A DNA stretch of 63,774 nucleotides, counting the filler, from Choristocarpus tenellus KU-1152 (taxonomy: Eukaryota; Protista; Phaeophyceae), in assembly GCA_964200185.2 (NCBI GenBank). It is 14 parts of 14 records of this genome, joined end to end, with 100 filler letters (N's around TTAATTAATTAA, not from the genome) between each part and the next. Parts side by side here need not be neighbours in the genome. Positions count along the whole stretch, not along the records: positions 1 to 3,329 come from CAXNAD020020765.1; positions 3,430 to 14,085 come from CAXNAD020002801.1; 12 more parts are not named here. One strand, written 5' to 3'. The notes beneath the pieces were generated by a model. That model was not told where the DNA came from. It saw only the letters and a list, made by a program, of their open reading frames with translations, and ran no database searches. Shown in pieces: positions 1-12,123 of this stretch. Every line of letters starts with the position of its first letter. The first letter of the stretch is position 1. The position numbers were made by a program, and so were the translations under genes.

Positions 1-168
1 GTTTCTCGTGTAGAACACATCATGCTATTTGCCCTCCCTCCCTCCCACCACACTCCACCCTCCACCTCCCCCCCTGGAAGACGACGAAGGTCCCACCTCC
101 ATCTCCTCCTCCTGCATTTTGGGAGTCTTCTTAGCAGCGGCTATCATTTCACCCAAGAACCTCCTCTC

Positions 169-2944
169 TCATTCCTCCTGCAAAAGGCAGTGCTCTTCAA
201 TCTCCAGCAAGAGGGGTTGCTGTGTAGGCACTGCAGTTTGTTTTTTTATCACAGGATGAGAGAAACCAAGGCATTTGCAGAGAGAGAGAGAGAAGGGTTG
301 CGTCGGTGAGGAGAGGGGTGGTTGTATGGGGGGTTCTGAAAAGTATTGTAGTGGTGAGGTGGAAAAAAGTTTTTTACCTACTTCTTTTCTCTTAACTTTC
401 ATTACTTGTGAGTTGGTACAAACAATCAATGTGTGCACCAGAAGAATTATGGCCTAGTGTGATGCTGTATTGACCCTGTAGGACATATTCGCCCAAAAAC
501 ATCCCCTGACCCTTCTAGTGTACAAGCAGTATTACTTGCGGAATTTGACATTTTTTTTTTATTATATTTGAACGTATCAATATTGCTCTTGACAAGTAAA
601 GGTCACATCACCAAAAAATGGGAAGGCGGGAGGAAGCGAGTTCAATCTGCTCTCACCTGCTGGAGCATGGGAGCTTCCTCCTGTCTCACCAGAGCCTCTG
701 CGGCCACCCTCAGCTCCTTGTCCTGGCTCACCAATCTGAAGATATAAACAGAACTCAAGGTCAGGGAAAGATGGGCATGGGAAGCTGGGAAAAGATGATA
801 AAGATAGCCGCCCTGTTGGTGCTTGAGTGACAGAGATCAGCTGGAAATCCTATTATTGCTCTCTCAGCACTACTTTGCACACGACACTATTTCCTCCTAT
901 TGTGGACAAACGCTACCAATATTTCTGTGTTATGAAGGATGAATTCAAACCTCACAAGAAAGTGTTTTTTTTAAAGTATGGGTGTATGATATACACTGAA
1001 GTCAAGATCGCCATATAGCGCGGAGGTTGACTCTATTACAGATAATACACAGATGCTGTTATTGCACCATGTCTGAGTGAAGATGTTATGGTGCACAAAC
1101 TGAATCAACACCAGGTCTGCCGCCACAACGTATGTGCTTAACCAACCGCATCCCTTTGTGATGGACCAGTACTTTGACTCCACGAGAGGAATGCACGTTT
1201 GCGGAGGTGGCAGGCAGAAGCCCTTTCTCCTCTTGCCAAGAAGTAACTACAATTGTTCAAATAACATTATTCGTTCGGTCTCAATAACATACCGACCTGA
1301 TACTTTGCTGACTAGACACCAATGCAAGGGTCATGAGTCTATCAGGCTGGGACATGAGATGCTCACAACAGGCCACACCAGATAAAACAAGACTGCACGT
1401 GTACAACCTCTCTCTCTCTTCCCCTTACCATGTCCCTCACATCCAACCCTTGAGAGATGGGAAACACACCAAGTTCATCAACTGTGACAAACAAAACATA
1501 TCTGACGGTTAGATGACAAACTTTACGGGGTAACAGTCGATCCAAAATCACCCTATGCATGGCACAAGCAACTAACATAGGGATCCAGGTGCTTCATCAA
1601 ATAGGTGTTCAGAGTCAACATTTAGCACTTTATCCAAACTTGTGGTTTTATATAAAAAATCACCATCCACCAGCTGACTTTACCCAGTCATCTTTTTTTT
1701 TCTCATAGAGAAGTTGTGGAAACTACTATTTACACTATGAGATTTCGGTGCCGATCGCCTGTTCTCAACTCCTCACCTCCTTAACCGAATTACCTCCTTC
1801 TACATGCTTCCCTCAATCTACTCTATCCAGGCGTGCTAAGACCACATATTTACTGTATGTGAAGATATCCCCTAGATTATACTGTGTTTCAAAACATACC
1901 ACTGATTGCTCCACAGCAAAATATTTGCATTATTTCATTAGCCTTCTAGTGATTGAAATCACATATTGAATGGAGTCTAATGCCATTCTATCTCCTCCAG
2001 AACACTGATCAATTTATTCAGGGGAAAGTGCTCGTTTGCCTACTCTTACCTCAGACAGCTCTCATGACCTCTACTTTACGGACTTGCGGACAAGGTACAA
2101 ATAATCTATCTATTTAGCTAAATCTCATGTTTTTTAAGTAATGGGGAAGCATCTTCAGCGCAAGAGGAGAACCAGTATACTTCAAGAACCAGGGGATCAT
2201 AGTATTGGGGATGGGTCTTGAGTGGTGGGAACTTGTTGTGTTTACCCACAACAACGTGAACACTACTAATGCCTGAGGCTGAATGCCGTCGATTTGTCAC
2301 TACTGTAATGCACTCTGTCCTTTGTCAAACACATGTCAAGGTAACCCTATCTTTGTATCATCCCTACTATTCCTCAGAGTGAATGTATCTTAGAGGGTAC
2401 GAGTTTCTTCCTGTTTGTCCATTTGGGACTTGGCTTCCCACGGATTTTTAATGACATTTTATCTGCTCCAAAAATCTGTAGTAGGTAAAATGTGTACGTT
2501 ATGAAAAGGTGTATCCGAAACAAGGATATTGACATCTCCGAACTAACATGATAGCCAAAATTACATCAAAATTGCAACATTGGATTTTGGTCCCCAAATG
2601 GATGCAGCTCTACCCTCTAAGATACTTAAACTCTCAGCCACTCTGCAATGGGTGTACGCTTATACCACCAATCCAAATACAAAGTGAACAAGAACATCAA
2701 CTTCTCCATTGTAGCACTGGTCAACACCAAACTCACATCCGGATGACCACCCTCCTTTTCCACCATCCTTGCACACGAGCCTGTGTGGTGGCAGCTGCAG
2801 ACCTTAGCTGAACTAGTAACTGCCAGGCTGCTCTCTTCCTCACAGCTGCCTGGCCACGGGTTAGGAGGTTGGTGGAGGAGAGTCGGCTGGTTGTGAGGAC
2901 TTGGTTGAAGTTGGAAACACGAGCAATCACATGGAAGAAGGACC
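169..2944 (-). CDS. Partial gene or pseudogene with IQ-like motifs (myosin neck-like); exons 2737-2944, 657-735, 169-177 (frame reopens to 25)
   Basis: Canonical AG/GT borders with compatible phases (2, then 0). Translation ...RGQAAVRKRAAWQLLVQLRSAAATTQARVQGWWKRRVVIR|ILVSQDKELRVAAEALVRQEEAPMLQQ|EE* resembles tandem IQxxxRGxxxR motifs followed by coiled coil. Confidence 0.4.
2377..2633. mobile_element. MITE family A, full copy (257 bp) with 3-bp TSD TCA
   Basis: TIRs GAGTGAATGTATCTTAGAGGGTA ... TACCCTCTAAGATACTTAAACTC, flanked by TCA at 2374-2376 and 2634-2636. Confidence 0.85.
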
Positions 2945-3259
2945 CTGGACATGGTGAAAATTGCTGTAAAGAGTGCTGCTGTTAGATATCCTGATCCAGT
3001 AATTTTGGACCAATCAAACACTCCAACAATCAACACCTTTCATGTTGTCAATTCATACTATGTCACACACACTACGATATTGAGAGACATCTACATCCCG
3101 GCCAATCCACTCTTCACATTGTGTGCTTGTGTAGTACACCCCACCCAGCGCAATGTTGCTATCAATAACAATGTAAAATGTTTACAAGGTCTTGCTCAGG
3201 GACGAGTCTACCATCTTCTAGATTTCTCTCCTCACACACAGATAGTCACATCACTCTCT

Positions 3260-3329
3260 GAGCCAAAGTATCTTAGAGGGTAGAGCCGCGTCCATTTGGG
3301 GGCCAAAATCCAATGTTGCGATTTTGACG
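3260..3329. mobile_element. MITE family A, partial (contig end)
   Basis: GAGCCAAAGTATCTTAGAGGGTAGAGCCGCGTCCATTTGGG runs into the gap. Confidence 0.85.
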
Positions 3330-3429
3330 NNNNNNNNNNNNNNNNNNNNNNNNNNNNNNNNNNNNNNNNNNNNTTAATTAATTAANNNNNNNNNNNNNNN
3401 NNNNNNNNNNNNNNNNNNNNNNNNNNNNN
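3330..3429. other. Artificial contig linker N44-TTAATTAATTAA-N44 (first of 13)
   Basis: Identical 100-nt spacer with stop codons in all six frames. It also occurs at 14086, 19242, 24817, 28751, 33005, 37070, 41276, 44115, 47451, 53216, 57215 and 59957, giving 14 contigs. Confidence 0.98.
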
Positions 3430-3464
3430 TACGCTCCATCATCAATTTTTAAAATCCACGGTTC

Positions 3465-4096
3465 TGTGCCTTCAATCTACCTATTCCCGCACCCCCAGGG
3501 TGAGGCGCTAGGGAGGCATCCCAAGAATCCAACAAACCCCTCTGTGCCCATCTCCCCGGTGACTCCAGCGTAAAACGCATGACCCGTCTAGACAGTGCCT
3601 CTTGCGTTGTTACTGAGACTATTTGGTGTAAGTGGGATTTAACTATTATGGTACATCCTCCAGTTCCTCTCCCCCCCACCATGTGTGTAACCAGCTCATC
3701 CAGGAAACTTTCCGCTTGCTTGCCGAGGCACCCCAAACTTTCCACCATGAAGGTGTTGAGGTTATAACTACGAGGATCAAAAGAGCTCTCATAGTGGGTG
3801 CACTTTCGCACCTCAGCTGCAGCAGCAGCTACACCATTGCTGGTGGATGAATGTGTAAGATGGAAGGTTGCCTGCACTTCTGGAAATGCAATATCTAGCA
3901 GGAAGACCTTTGTCCCGGTAGGGGGCTGTTCCAGTGTCTGCAAGTGCCCCTGCATGGAAGACTAGATCCATGCAGAGATTCCTGTCTACCGTGAAGGGGC
4001 TGCCGTCCTCGGTAGTGTAAGGGATGCCCATTCCCTTGCATAGTTGACTTAGGCGTTTCACCATGATGGGTGTGTGCTGTTGCACCTGGCCTCCTG
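3465..4096 (-). mobile_element. CRE-like non-LTR retrotransposon, degenerate restriction-like endonuclease (RLE) domain and 3' ORF end
   Basis: Frameshifted ORFs read GIPYTTED...MDLVF...LLDIAF...AAAAAEVRKCTHY...FMVESLGCLGKQA, matching the RLE pattern (PD..D..AE..K..Y..E.G..G). Confidence 0.8.
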
Positions 4097-4320
4097 TATT
4101 ATAATGCTCTCTGACATTTTGCAGATGTGTCAGGGGAAAAACCAAGGAAAAACTATTCACGTGTCAGAAAAATCCCCAAGTAAAAATTGTCACAAATGTT
4201 AAAAACATTGATCTATTTGACATTTCACTATATTGTATCACTACCTTCCTGTATCTCCAATCTACCTATTTCTGCACCCCTGGGTGAGGATTCAGGAAAG
4301 CATCCCAAGAATCTAACATT
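4097..4320 (-). mobile_element. Second, 5'-truncated 3' end of the same CRE-like family (ORF end, 3'UTR, TAA tail)
   Basis: 4260-4318 repeats 3475-3535. The 3'UTR motif CTCTGACATTTTGCAGATGTGTCAGGG recurs at 22140-22212, 39835-40045 and, reversed, at about 48470-48530. Confidence 0.65.
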
Positions 4321-4830
4321 GTTTAATTAATTACGTAGTGTGTGTTTTCCTGATCCCTAACTACAACCCTAACCCTAACCAGGTAAGAGGATTTAGTTCA
4401 AGATCATCCATGACACAGTAATGGTACCTATGAGTCTAACCTCAATGAGTCAAAATTGTGATGTACTACTACTCCATGTGGGACTTTTGTTTAGTAGTCC
4501 TGATCCGTAACCTTGTGGGGTAAACGGAGTAAACATATTGAATGTTTTCAATTAGGCCTAAACCCTCTTCGTACACCTCTGACTCTATCCCCATCCCCAA
4601 TTTATTTGCAATGTCGTACCAACAAACTCTACCGTACTATTATTGATGTAGCACTTGTAGCCTTAGCACATACTGTACAAAAATTCATTATGTAAATAGA
4701 TACCTCCATTTTGTTAATTCCGCGCGCGGTTGTGGAGGGAATGGATGACGCGCCAGTCTTTCAAATCAATCTATCTGGAGAGACATACTGCAATGCCTCG
4801 AAATAGAGTAGAGGAGAAGGTGCTAAAAAA

Positions 4831-5556
4831 ATGACACCTGTCAGAGGAGTTAGGATGAGGGTGGATATCAAGTTCAGTCCACGTGGAAATGGCATGTCTC
4901 CTCTCGATAAGGACAGGCTCAAACTCAAGTGTTTAGAGCGAGTTCGGTCCGAGCGACATCTCTTGATGTCCAAGTTGCGAAAACGAGGGTCCCCTGGAGA
5001 GTGGGCGGACACCTCTGGGGAAGAGATTGGACGAGCATGTGGTGCAAGAACCGGTGTTATAGGTGGGTTGGACCTTGGTAAGATTCATATGTCGACACCT
5101 AAAGAAATTCTGGAGTATAGCCTGCATAGGTGTGACACCTCGCTTATAGGGGGCAAGGGATGTGAAACCAGCAGCTGCAACTCGAGTTCGCCCTTCGTGG
5201 GACATGGGCCAATATGTAAGGAGAGAATAAGAGAAAGTGTGGATATGGGCCTAATGGATCAGGAGGAGAACGCATATCGGTATTCCTGCGGAATGGGGGG
5301 AGGAGTACGGCTGGAATACGATGAGTTTGACGATGCGAAGAGATCTCAAGGTGGCGAAGTGGATACGTGCCACGATGCGGATTCAAGGCACCCAATAAGC
5401 ACCAATGTGGAGGCAGAGGTGCATAGAGAAAGTGGTGATCCATTTGATGACGATTTCTGCGAAACAGGACGGATCTTGTCTCCAGAGGAATACGAAGAGA
5501 TGATGATGTACATCGAGGAGGCGTTGAGGGAGGAGGGCATACAGGCCGAGGGAGAG
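4831..5556 (+). CDS. RPAIN: RPA-interacting protein, exon 1 of 4
   Basis: KDRLKLKCLERVRSERHLLMSKLR matches RPA_interact_N and LSPEEYEEMMMYIEEAL the middle domain. Donor GAG|GTGAGG, phase 0. Full model join(4831..5556,6122..6217,8242..8408,8589..8694) gives 364 aa. Confidence 0.88.
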
Positions 5557-6121
5557 GTGAGGGAACCAGTCAACTATGGGGGTCCTGTGCATTATTTGTC
5601 TTGGGTTGTGATTTGGACACGTGAGATGACATCAGGTTTTTGGTCACTCTCTGACAGATACAGTAGGGGCATGTTGCATTCGACCCACACTACTGTAGGA
5701 GCGTTTTTGATTATTAATAACGATGGGGCGCTTGGTTTGCTGCTGCGCACTATCTCAAGTTGACCTTTTATCTATGTTAAGGTGTCAAGGAAAGGGGAAG
5801 AAATGGAACAAAGATGTCCACGCCCATTGGTATCAAAAGGTCTCGCTTCTTGCTAGCACTATCTAGGCGAAATCGCTTTGATCATGCTAAGAGTTGATGG
5901 ATACCTGGAAAAATCGTAAGATGCTCAGGTGCCAAAACCTTTCCTTGCCAAGCATATGCGTCCTGTCCAATCGTCCCACCCGTGTACCTCTTTTGCAGTA
6001 TCGATGGTAAATCAACCCTCTGCCACTTCATGGGTTGCTTCCTCAACCCACGATCAGATTCTGACAGATTTGCTGAGGTTTCCTAAATATTGCCTTGGGT
6101 GAACATGTGAAAAAAATACAG

Positions 6122-6217
6122 GCACTGGAGCAGTACGAGATCGTGAGGCGCATGGAAGAGGAGGAGCTGGAATCCGCTGTTATCTCCCACCAAGATGACA
6201 TCGATCATGCCCACGGG
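6122..6217 (+). CDS. RPAIN: RPA-interacting protein, exon 2
   Basis: cag|ALEQYEIVRRMEEEELESAVISHQDDIDHAHG|gtgagg, phases 0/0. Confidence 0.85.
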
Positions 6218-8241
6218 GTGAGGGTAGAGAGCATTTACTTTACTGTAGTATATATTTGGATTGCAATGATAGTGACTTCACACCTTGATACGGTAACAGC
6301 AATTTTTTTGGGGGGGGAGACACCGGTATGGTACATTGGGTTAGGGTCTGCCGTTAAGTATATTGTACAGTAGGGTAACTGTAGTTTTGAAAAACTTAAG
6401 CACAGTACATAAAAGGTCTAATATTAGACAAGTTGTATGTTACAGTAGCAGTAATGCCGGGGGTGAAAAGAGACGGTTTTGTATGGTGGTTCCACGTTTT
6501 TTTGGAGTATTTGATATTTGGATGGTATGGTAAGGATGGTACTATGATTCGACACTTTTTCATGGTGGTTGAGATTTCCACCACGAGCCACCCTCTTCCA
6601 CACCTTGGGAGTCCCCTCTCATGACATTCTGGTAGACCGTCCCTGATAAGTGTCAAACACGCCATCACCACATGAGATCATGTGCCGTTTATTCATGAAA
6701 TTACTTAGAATTAGATATTTATAAGAGGGTCAGTGTGAGTGTGCGTTCATGTGCGGTGGCATGGGAGAAGGGAAGCATGTCATGTCAAATCCAGCTACGG
6801 TGAGTAGATGGGAATGAGTCTTATACATGTCCAGGTGCTACTTGAGGACCGGGATGAGAAAACCCTTCACCTCCATGTACAACTCAAAAAGGGTCTTGTT
6901 GAAACCACTCAGGTGCATGACACCACCAATGTAGCGTGGGAAGTAGCTGCTTAAAGACAGCTTCAACCCGATGTCATCCAGCTCATTCTGCGGTGTGGCT
7001 CACATTAATTGCACATGAGATGACAAGCAGGCGAAGTAATCTAGTCTCTAGCGTTGTGTAGCCGGCACTTGCTACTGTTGACTGAGGACGGGAATGGGGG
7101 TAGTCAATTTTGTCATTTATTAGCTGGGATGAGCCCCAGGCAGTTGACACCAGCACTGTCTAGAAACAGCGGGTTTTCATGTAAAGGGACATGGCCTGTT
7201 CAACACAGCGACCATTCTCACCCCGCTGCTTCTCAGTAATTGATTTATGCCCTGGTCGCCTTGTCCTTTGTTGACCGTATGATAGCCTTGATGACCTCCT
7301 TTGTGTTCCTGCTTGTGGAACTTATCCAGGTGGATGATAACCTCAAATGTGTTATCCTTGGAGGTGCGATGAGAAAATTCGAGGAGAAAAAATTTTACAC
7401 TCCATTCGTCGGCCATTCTTGATCACCAAGACCACGCACACCTCATACTCTATGTAGTTCCCTTTTGGGGGGGGTGAACCTGTGGAAGAACTTCAGTACC
7501 ACTTATCTTGCGGAATACTTACTTGACTTTGTGGACTCCATTAATAGTCACCATTGGCATGCTGCCCCTCAAAACAAGTTTGAGGAGAATTCGAAGTACC
7601 TAAGGGTGTTACCCTTCAATGAAGAGGCAACATGTACCTCTTCATCCTCACTCCCTCTTTGCCCAACCCTCAACACAAACACACTTGGCTTTCTGTCTCC
7701 AAAAGGAAAATGAGCGACACCTATCCATGACCTCCTAACTTCTGTAGTGTGATCATCTACAATCACACGTGGTCTGCAATCCCTCAGAAAAGTATATGAG
7801 TTAAAAAATATAATGCATCCAAGTGTGACATACGTCAATAGATCTTTACAGTACGGCATTAGTAACATATTTGAACAGCAGTGCCTTACGGGATTGATAC
7901 AGTTAGTCCTATCTTTGGAATGTGGTACAGTAGCACAGTACATAATACCATCGAAATGTTTTGATGGTAATAGTACCTTATTATGTCATTTCCCCTGTAC
8001 AGTACAGTAGCGATTACTGTGGTCAAAATCCTACAGTGAATCACAGTATGGTAAAAAAAAAATCCAAATATCGTACTCGTATCACAGTAATAACTACCAT
8101 GATGAGCCTTGGTTATTGTCCTCTACCTTGCTCCTACTAAACAGACTGGCAGAGACGTGGCGAATATGTCTTGCATTTCTAGTAATAGAATGTAAACATG
8201 ATTTTTTCCTTTCTCCTCCATCTCTGCACAACCCTTGGCAG

Positions 8242-8408
8242 GAAGATGCAGTGCTGTGCCCAATCTGTAAACACGACTGGCTGGTCCAGGGTGGACCTCC
8301 GTCAGGTGCAATTCTATGTCGCTGTGGCTTCCGCCTGGACACAGGAGATGAAGGCCTGAGCCTGGGGCATCTCAAGCAACAGCTCTCTGATACTTACACA
8401 CAGCACAG
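8242..8408 (+). CDS. RPAIN: RPA-interacting protein, exon 3 (C-terminal Zn finger)
   Basis: EDAVLCPICK...ILCRCGFRLD...LSLGHLKQQLSDTYTQH matches RPA_interact_C. Donor AG|GTGCC, phase 2. Confidence 0.88.
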
Positions 8409-8588
8409 GTGCCAGGGATGGGTATGACAATGTGAAACAGCCTCCAATCATGAAGTATCATACTAGTGCACCCCCTCTTAAATTGGTCCTGTCATTCTAG
8501 ACTGCCATTGCTGCCAGTCATCCTTGACATACCTCATACATGCCTGTCCTTCTTACTTGCTGTTGTGTGCTGCATGCTGACATTGAAG

Positions 8589-8694
8589 TGAGAGGTGCAG
8601 AATGGATCCGTGCTTCTCACTGATCAACAAATTCGGTGTTCACATGCTGTGGAGCAGCTGTGAGGCATGCACCTTCTCAAGGGTGGTTCTGTAG
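8589..8694 (+). CDS. RPAIN: RPA-interacting protein, exon 4 (terminal)
   Basis: aag|T GAG AGG TGC... gives (S)ERCRMDPCFSLINKFGVHMLWSSCEACTFSRVVL*, completing the H..C...P.F...CxxC end typical of RPAIN. Confidence 0.85.
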
Positions 8695-9607
8695 ATGTTA
8701 CACACAAACATACGTGTTTTTTGTGATGTTTGACATCTGCTTTGGTGCAAATTTCACTGCACTACTTCGCAGATATAGCTGTTTTTCATTCATTTACCAC
8801 TCTGCCAGTGCCAATCGAGGGAGGGACAGCTTTTTTTCTGGCAACTCAAGCAATGTGGACTTTCAGGTTGGAAATTCACCTCCCCAAGGTCTTCTTGGGT
8901 TGCTTTTGCTGGGAGGTAAATTTCAAGGAGCACAGATCAAAGTAGTGATTTGCATCTACACACTCTTCTCTTGATCAATTTGGTGCAGGAGAAATTGGGC
9001 TTGCACCATGAATAGTTTTTTTTCTTGTATGATGTATTCAACGTGTCTTTTTTCTAGTTCTGTAAAGTTTTTAGAAGATGTGTTCCACAATGGGAATGAA
9101 AAAACAAAGATAATATTTTTACTTCCTTGGCGATCAAGTAGAAACCTTACATTTGATGCTTAAGTGAGGTGAACTGGTTGGAACTGATAATAAAAACTGA
9201 GCAATGCCTGTAGGGTGTGGACGTTTCCCCCAGGAGTTCAGAATTGAGAGTGTATTCAATTGAAACTGCTACATATATACCCTTGGGTAGCTTAGGAAGA
9301 TTTATCTGGACACAAATCACTGGGCCATCCATCCATGGGTGTGACATGTTCTTTAGTTATGTAATCCTAATTCATTTTTCCAGTATTGTAGGGAGTTAAT
9401 TATTTCAGTCTTTTTCAAAGCCTATAATTGAGAAAAACAATCCAAAAAACTCTCTATTCACATTGCTTACAACCCAACTAGAGGATACAATTGTCAGTGG
9501 TAATACATAGTGTAAAGTCAGCCAATTATTCTCCTGTCTACAACAAAATGTCATTGTGCTTGGTTCAATGGTTGAATAATTCCTTTCAACTTTTTACCAC
9601 ACTACAG

Positions 9608-10068
9608 TGTGTGGCACGGAATTCCCTCCCGCCCCCAGGGGGGAGGAGGGCTGGCCACTATTTGACAACCAAAGGGTGTATGCCGCAGGCCCCTTGCTCT
9701 CCAATTTGCGCTCTCTCATCTTTACAGGAGTTGAGTATGTGCCAGCTGCAAAGGAATCTACTAGGAAGTATCCCTTCATCCACTTGCATTGCCTGAGATA
9801 TTCAGACTCTGTACAGGAGCCTGTCCATGTATTCGTGTACAAGAACTTCAGTACGTTCTTGAAATATATTCTCTTCACAGGCAATTTCAGCCATCAGGTA
9901 TGACCCTCAGTATTAACTGTTTTTTCTCCACTTGCCAACAGCTGTACAATGACATACTCAACACACCCTAGCCCTCACATGCTACTTTCCCCACAACTCT
10001 TACAGGTGGGATTATTAAAAGTCAACAAATACACATGGGTGTGGGGGTTTAGTGAGTGCAAGGCTTAG
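9608..10068 (+). CDS. Orphan two-exon fragment (9608-9897, 10006-10068), unknown product
   Basis: A 96-codon open frame bounded by tacag| and CAG|GTATGA, followed by a phase-0 acceptor ttacag|VGLLKVNKYTWVWGFSECKA*. No start exon found. Confidence 0.3.
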
Positions 10069-10274
10069 GAAGAGATTTTGGAATTAAGGAGGGCAGACAG
10101 AGCAGTGTGATGGAAAGGAGTCCTTTCTACAGTAAACAGGAGAGATGTTACAGGTTGACGAGCTTGCTCCAACAAAGTTTACATCTTTCTCTTCCCATCT
10201 TTGCATCCCTTGCAAAAAACCAATATCCTTTGTTAAGCAACCCTGGGTGCTTGAATTTGGTCCTGTGATCTTCT

Positions 10275-10421
10275 CTACATCAGGCCTTGGCGAGCAAGGT
10301 CCTCGAATGTGCGACGATTGAGAACATTCCCTTCATTATCCTCATACTCCTCATTATCTTCTGCATTCCACTGCTCCACCTCCAGTTGACCCTTGATTTT
10401 TTCAAACAAATCTCGTGCATC
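10275..10421 (-). CDS. SF3A3: Splicing factor 3A subunit 3 (Prp9/SF3a60), terminal exon
   Basis: DARDLFEKIK...EEYEDNEGNVLNRRTFEDLARQGLM* is the conserved SF3a60 C-terminus. Confidence 0.95.
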   Translation of the reverse strand, partial: DARDLFEKIKGQLEVEQWNAEDNEEYEDNEGNVLNRRTFEDLARQGLM

Positions 10422-11392
10422 CTGTGTATGGGTATGGAAGAATGGGGACATGTTTGTGTTGCAAGATAGTAACCCATGTGCCCAGGTGGTTAATCTACAC
10501 CTGTACAGCGACTTCTAGTGGACGTTTCACCTACCGTAATATGTAATATGTGGGCTTTTAACAGAAACCCATGTATCCTGTGTTTTCTTAACACAATCTA
10601 CGAATATATTATCGACATTTCCATTAATTTTTCTCAATCACTGCTTTTACACCCATCTATATATGTGTATACAACACTTCTTGATAAGGTAGTCTCAATC
10701 CTGAGTGATACTATCCCAACATCATCTTCCCTCCTTCAACCCTAACAGGCAACTTCAAGTTTTTTTTCACGCCTTTTAAGGAACAATAGGGCGTTTCAGT
10801 CGTTGGTGTATGGTACAACTGTGAAATAAACCACCAATGGTACGTTGAATTTAGCTTAGACTAAGCAATAAACCTACTGACCCCCCACATGTCATTGGTA
10901 GCAACATTCCATATCCATATATCCAGGAAATTCATTGACCCTCTGCATATTGGAGTCCTATTTATATTTACATCCATAGCATAACATCATGGTATACATG
11001 TGTTTGTGTGTGGGTTGAGCACCTGAGATAACACCATTAGTCACAACTCATCCGTTCACACTACACAGTTATCAACAACACCGCTTTTGTTTACCTACGT
11101 ATTCCATCCCTTTCCCAAATACATCTAAGATACTTGACTTGTGACTTGTAACAACCAGAGCATAGAGTACCAACAGCATCAGCCCACACACAAACTATTA
11201 AGCACTACAATTATGTCTTTCCCATGGACTGTCTATCGCTGCAAAAGATCACCATGTTGCTAATACAACATTTATAACCATCTCTGCAGTTCTTCACAGT
11301 AACACCAACATGACAAGGCAAGAACTAAATGGTGGCATAGAATATACACTGTAAACACTTGTATCCTTCAAAATCAACTCCATTATCCTGAC

Positions 11393-11492
11393 CTGTATGA
11401 GGATAATATCGTGAAAGTGCTTTGTGTTGGGAATGCCCAGGCATCGCATGCCATGTGCATGACGCCATTCTTGGAAGTGTCGATCGAAGTTC
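11393..11492 (-). CDS. SF3A3: SF3A3 exon (matrin-type Zn finger end)
   Basis: (R)[33 protein letters not shown] with canonical borders, phases 2/0. Confidence 0.96.
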
Positions 11493-11959
11493 CTGCCATA
11501 AATTTCACATTTCACCAAGTCAGGAATGGATTGAAATTGGGTCAGTAAACAAAGACAAGGCCTATTGCTAGGCGAACAAGGTCTTAAGACTCGATAGAGG
11601 CACGACATGAGAAATTTAGATACCACATACCATACCATCAGAATTTGCAGTATGCAGTGTGTACCAAAGAGAGAGTATCGACTCCTGGATAAATTTTATC
11701 TTTTGTACCCAAAATTTTACCACTATCACCCAGACAAGAAAACATTGCAACAGCTATGCCTAATGATATCTAATATTTTGTTCAATTAAAAAGCCATATG
11801 ACCATACCTCTGTAGGAAAGACCTCAAATGAAGTGTCGACAAAGACACACCTTGTCTCTGTCTGACCAAGCAATACACTTATACCACAATCTTCTACCAA
11901 AAAACGGCAGTTACAAAACTGCCTTCCAATTAAAATACTTGCCCCAAGGCATGTCACAC

Positions 11960-12123
11960 CTGCGACCCTTGTAACTGAAGTCCCCACATATTTCGCATCT
12001 GTACTCCACTCCCAGCCCATGCAGCTTGTACAACCAGTACGGAATGGGTTTCCCATCCCAGCCAAGAGGTAGGTTGAGTGGGTTGTAGATGGGTCCTTCA
12101 TCATCGCTCTCCTCCTCTTCTTC
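11960..12123 (-). CDS. SF3A3: SF3A3 exon
   Basis: [44 protein letters not shown], the SF3a60 signature. Confidence 0.96.

Noticed and set aside
3374-3385. Regularly recurring TTAATTAATTAA motif
   Set aside because: Artificial six-frame-stop linker embedded in Ns.
4716-4730. CGCGCGCGG upstream of RPAIN as an E2F site
   Set aside because: It does not match the WTTSSCSS consensus; it only indicates a CpG-rich promoter region.
5557-5763. 3' part of the 310-aa ORF 4831-5763 (and of ORF 49182-50054)
   Set aside because: Read-through into an intron past a canonical donor; homology continues in downstream exons.
6660-7720. Coding-like decayed sequence in RPAIN intron 2 (similar at 24940-25440, 31620-32720, 54800-55200, 55800-56560)
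   Set aside because: Probably TE relics, but no diagnostic motif could be recognised, so they were left unassigned.
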